Source: an uncultured Chloroflexia bacterium (GTDB lineage Bacteria; Chloroflexota; Anaerolineae; Promineifilales; UBA4811). From it: a DNA stretch of 64,000 nucleotides. Under the pieces are notes generated by a model. It did not search any database and was not told where the DNA came from. It was given only the letters and a program-made list of their open reading frames with translations. Made by a program: the position numbers and the translations under genes. The stretch spans positions 440,426 to 504,425 of the forward strand of contig CAVPPE010000003.1 in NCBI GenBank assembly GCA_963707345.1, given 5' to 3'. Positions 60,827-64,000 of the stretch are shown here, one piece after another. Each line of letters begins with the position of its first letter. The stretch's first letter is position 1.

Positions 60827-61987
60827 ATGACCGAGCCAAGTTTGCCAACCTACTATGCGCCGGCCGAGCGGGCATCGCAGGAGGTGGTGCAGCAACAGGC
60901 GGCCGTCTTTCGCGGGCTGTCCCTGCTCCGCGAAGCGTTGGACGGCGTACCCGATCTGGTGATCATTTTGAACGGCCAGCGCCAGGTGGTGTACGCCAAC
61001 CGCGCCCTGTTGCAGTTGCTGAACCTGGCAGACGAGAAGGCTGTGCTGGGGAAACGGCCGGGCGAGGCGTTGAACTGCATCCATGCGTCCGAGACTGCGG
61101 GTGGATGTGGCACGACCGAGTTTTGCAGCACCTGTGGCGCGGTGAATGCCATCCTGGTTACCCTGCTGGGAAACAGCTCGGTACAGGAGTGCCGCATTAC
61201 CCAGGATGTGGACGGTGAAATCCAGGCGCTGGAGTTGCGCGTCTGGGCGACTCCGTTGGCGCACGCTGATGAGCAATATACCATCTTTTCCGCCATCGAC
61301 ATCAGCAACGAGAAGCGGCGCCGGGTGCTGGAGCGGATCTTTTTCCACGATGTGCTCAACACGGCCGGCGCGCTGCAGGGGGCAGCTTATCTTCTGACCA
61401 ACGGACAGGTGCCCGATGCCGACGAGTTGGAAGAGATGGTGTTCCAGCTTTCCAACCAGTTGATCGACGAGATTCAGGCGCAGCGTGCCCTGCTGGCGGC
61501 CGAACGAGATGAGTTGTCGATCCATCCCAGCCCCGTTGATTCGATGTGCTTTTTGCTAGAGTTGGTCCGCCATTACGCTGCTCACGCGGTGTGCGACGGC
61601 CGGCAACTCCGCGCGGATCCATCTGCGGCGCCGGTTGCTTTTTCCAGTGACCCTGTCCTGCTGCGACGCGTCGTTGGCAACATGGTCAAGAACGCGCTGG
61701 AGGCGTCGTTGCCGGGGCAAACGGTGACCGTGGGTTGCCGGCCGGCCGGTGACGGCTTGCAGTTCTGGGTCCACAACCAGACCTTTATCCCGCGCGAGGT
61801 CCAGCTACAGCTTTTCCAGCGCTCGTTTTCCACCAAGGGTGCCGGCCGGGGGCTGGGAACCTATAGCATGCGCCTGCTCAGCGAGCGCTATTTGCAGGGC
61901 GCGGTTTCCTTCGTCTCCACGCCAGATGAGGGGACTACTTTTGTGGTGACTTTACCGCTCCAGTTGCACCAGGAGGGACAGCCATGA
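60827..61987 (+). CDS. Cytoplasmic histidine kinase with Cys-rich PAS-like sensor
   Basis: CIH...GCG...CSTC motif, FFHDVLN H-box, NMVKNALEA, GRGLGTY. Confidence 0.85.
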   Translation: MTEPSLPTYYAPAERASQEVVQQQAAVFRGLSLLREALDGVPDLVIILNGQRQVVYANRALLQLLNLADEKAVLGKRPGEALNCIHASETAGGCGTTEFCSTCGAVNAILVTLLGNSSVQECRITQDVDGEIQALELRVWATPLAHADEQYTIFSAIDISNEKRRRVLERIFFHDVLNTAGALQGAAYLLTNGQVPDADELEEMVFQLSNQLIDEIQAQRALLAAERDELSIHPSPVDSMCFLLELVRHYAAHAVCDGRQLRADPSAAPVAFSSDPVLLRRVVGNMVKNALEASLPGQTVTVGCRPAGDGLQFWVHNQTFIPREVQLQLFQRSFSTKGAGRGLGTYSMRLLSERYLQGAVSFVSTPDEGTTFVVTLPLQLHQEGQP

Positions 61988-62985
61988 TTCGCATTTTGGG
62001 CATCGAAACGTCGTGCGACGAAACTGCCGCCGCCGTGGTCGTGGACGGCCGGACGATCCTGTCCAATGTCGTCGCTTCGCAGATTGACCTGCACGCACAG
62101 TATGGCGGCGTCTTTCCAGAAGCTGCCTCCCGCATGCATGTGGAGACCATCTACCCGGTTATTCACGAAGCGATGGAGACCGCCCACCTGGGCTGGGATG
62201 ACCTGGATGCCATTGCCGTGACCCGCGGGCCGGGGCTGGCGGGTAGTTTGCTGGTGGGGGTCAACACGGCCAAGGGGATTGCCCTCGGCCGGGGGTTGCC
62301 GCTGCTGGGCATCAACCATCTGGAGGCGCACATCTACTCTGTCTGGCTGACCGAAGCGGCCGAGGAACTGGCTTTTCCGCTGCTGGCTTTGATTGTCTCC
62401 GGCGGCCACACCGAACTGGCGCTGATGACCGACCACGGCCAGTACCAGCGGCTGGGCGCGACGATGGATGACGCGGCCGGCGAGGCGTTCGACAAGGTCG
62501 GCCGGTTGCTACACCTGCCATACCCTGGTGGGCCGTCGATCCAAAAAGCGGCCCAGAATGGCGACCCGGAGAGATTCCGCTTCCCGCGCGCCTGGATGGA
62601 CGAGTTGTACCATTTCAGTTTCAGCGGGCTCAAGACGGCCGTCCTGCGCCAGGTGCAGGAGTTGGACGAAGAGGATGGTTCGCTGCCGGTGGCCGACTTG
62701 GCGGCCTCGTTCCAGGAGGCGGTGGTGGAGGTGCTGGTGAGCAAGACGGCGCAGGCGGCGGCCGAATACGATGCAGCCGCGGTGGTGCTGGCCGGCGGGG
62801 TCTCTGCCAACCTGGCGCTGCGCCAGGTGATGAAAGCCGCCACCGACCGGCCGGTTCACATCCCGCCCGTTTCGCTGTGCACGGACAACGCGGCCATGAT
62901 TGCCGCCTGCGGCTACTGGCGCTTCCAGGCCGGGCAGCGAGACGGCTGGGAGATGGACGTGATCCCCAATTTGCCGCTGGCTTGA
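61984..62985 (+). CDS. tsaD: tRNA threonylcarbamoyladenosine synthase TsaD
   Basis: GIETSCDET, NHLEAH, SGGHT, DDAAGEAFDK, CTDNAAMIA. Confidence 0.97.
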   Translation: MIRILGIETSCDETAAAVVVDGRTILSNVVASQIDLHAQYGGVFPEAASRMHVETIYPVIHEAMETAHLGWDDLDAIAVTRGPGLAGSLLVGVNTAKGIALGRGLPLLGINHLEAHIYSVWLTEAAEELAFPLLALIVSGGHTELALMTDHGQYQRLGATMDDAAGEAFDKVGRLLHLPYPGGPSIQKAAQNGDPERFRFPRAWMDELYHFSFSGLKTAVLRQVQELDEEDGSLPVADLAASFQEAVVEVLVSKTAQAAAEYDAAAVVLAGGVSANLALRQVMKAATDRPVHIPPVSLCTDNAAMIAACGYWRFQAGQRDGWEMDVIPNLPLA

Positions 62986-62997
62986 TTCCCCGATTCC

Positions 62998-63813
62998 TTG
63001 ATGCTGCAGGTTACAGTCCATGGCCCTGTCACCTCTCTACGCCTGGCGCGCACCGTGCTGGGCCGGCCGCTTTACACTGTGATCGTTTATCTGGTGGATG
63101 GGTTGCTGGTCGATAGCGGCCCGCCGGCCACCGCTCTCGAACTGACGGCCTGGTGTCGGAGTCAGACGGTGCAGCAGGTAGTCAATACCCACCAGCACGA
63201 GGACCATGCAGGTGGCAACGCCCGATTGGAACGTGCGCTGAATGCCCCGGTCTGGGCGCCGGCCGGGGCCGTGCCTATCCTGGCGGCCGCACCCCGCATC
63301 CCGCTTTATCGCAGGCTGGTGTGGGGGCAGCCGCGGTCGTTCCGTGCCCGGCCGCTGGACCAGTTTGTTAAAACCCCCCACTACTGTTTTCAAATCATCC
63401 CTACGCCGGGCCACTGTCCGGACCACATCTGCCTGTACGAGCCGGAGCAGGGCTGGCTGTTTGGCGGCGATCTGTTTGTGCAGGAGCGGCCGCGCTACCG
63501 CTGGGAGGGGGAAAACCTGGCCGGAATGGCTCGTTCGCTGCGGCGGGTGCAGGCGTTGCAGCCGCGGGTGCTGTTTTGCTCCCACGCTGGCCGGATTGAC
63601 GACCCGTGCGAGGCGATTGAGCGCAAGCTGGCATACTGGGACGAAATGCGCCAACAGGCTCGGTCGCTGCAGGCGGCCGGGCTGGGCGAGCGGGAGATTA
63701 CCGGCCGGCTGCTGGGCGCCGAAGGATGGGCCACCCGCATCTCGCGCGGCCAGATCAGCAAGCTAAACCTGGTCCGGGCGCTACTCAACCACTCAGGAGA
63801 AGAAGATGATTGA
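62998..63813 (+). CDS. Metallo-beta-lactamase fold hydrolase
   Basis: [22 protein letters not shown]. Confidence 0.9.
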   Translation: MMLQVTVHGPVTSLRLARTVLGRPLYTVIVYLVDGLLVDSGPPATALELTAWCRSQTVQQVVNTHQHEDHAGGNARLERALNAPVWAPAGAVPILAAAPRIPLYRRLVWGQPRSFRARPLDQFVKTPHYCFQIIPTPGHCPDHICLYEPEQGWLFGGDLFVQERPRYRWEGENLAGMARSLRRVQALQPRVLFCSHAGRIDDPCEAIERKLAYWDEMRQQARSLQAAGLGEREITGRLLGAEGWATRISRGQISKLNLVRALLNHSGEEDD

Positions 63814-64000
63814 ACTTGCCGATCGAACCTATGCGATTTCCCCTTCTATGACGCTGGCTATCTCCAGCCAGGCTAAAGCCTTGCGCGCGGCCGGGGTGGA
63901 CGTGTGCAACTTTGGCGTGGGCGAACCTGATTTCAACACCCCGGCGCACATCCGCGAGGCGGCCAAAAAAGCGCTGGATGAGGGCAAAACCAAGTACGCG
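63806..64000 (+). CDS. Class I pyridoxal phosphate aminotransferase (AspAT-like), runs off window
   Basis: Hand translation [46 protein letters not shown]. Confidence 0.9.
   Translation, partial: MIELADRTYAISPSMTLAISSQAKALRAAGVDVCNFGVGEPDFNTPAHIREAAKKALDEGKTKYA

Overview
A ~62% GC bacterial chromosomal window, most likely Chloroflexota/Anaerolineae (inferred from gene content and protein style). Most of it is housekeeping: clpC, azlCD, the rpmH-rnpA-yidD-yidC-jag operon, acnA, maeB, ferritin, valS behind a Val T-box, three tRNAs, maf, a class B PBP, rsgA, coaE, selA and tsaD. Accessory content includes a decayed IS200/IS605 tnpB element, a MerR/P1B-ATPase/sulfur-relay cluster and an OmpR-type two-component system with a MacAB-like exporter. 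Signals the ORF track misses: (1) the ZntA/CadA-type ATPase probably starts 117 nt further upstream, with an in-frame TGA at the first Cys of its HMA CxxC motif (probable selenocysteine; selA is in the window but frameshifted); (2) the nearby IscS-like protein lacks its PLP lysine and sits with IscU-DUF59, TusA and DsrE; (3) three distant promoters share four 11-bp-phased repeats at the same distance from an extended -10, suggesting a regulon; (4) a ~100-bp dispersed repeat family has 12-bp terminal inverted repeats and a GC-GNA-GC hairpin; (5) CGGCCG appears strongly over-represented, HIP1-like; (6) a Val-rich small ORF overlaps the valS start; (7) there is a tRNA-Arg with a GCG anticodon; (8) a LexA-like box precedes a membrane protein plus lytic transglycosylase operon. 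All calls were made by eye from motifs; no searches were run.
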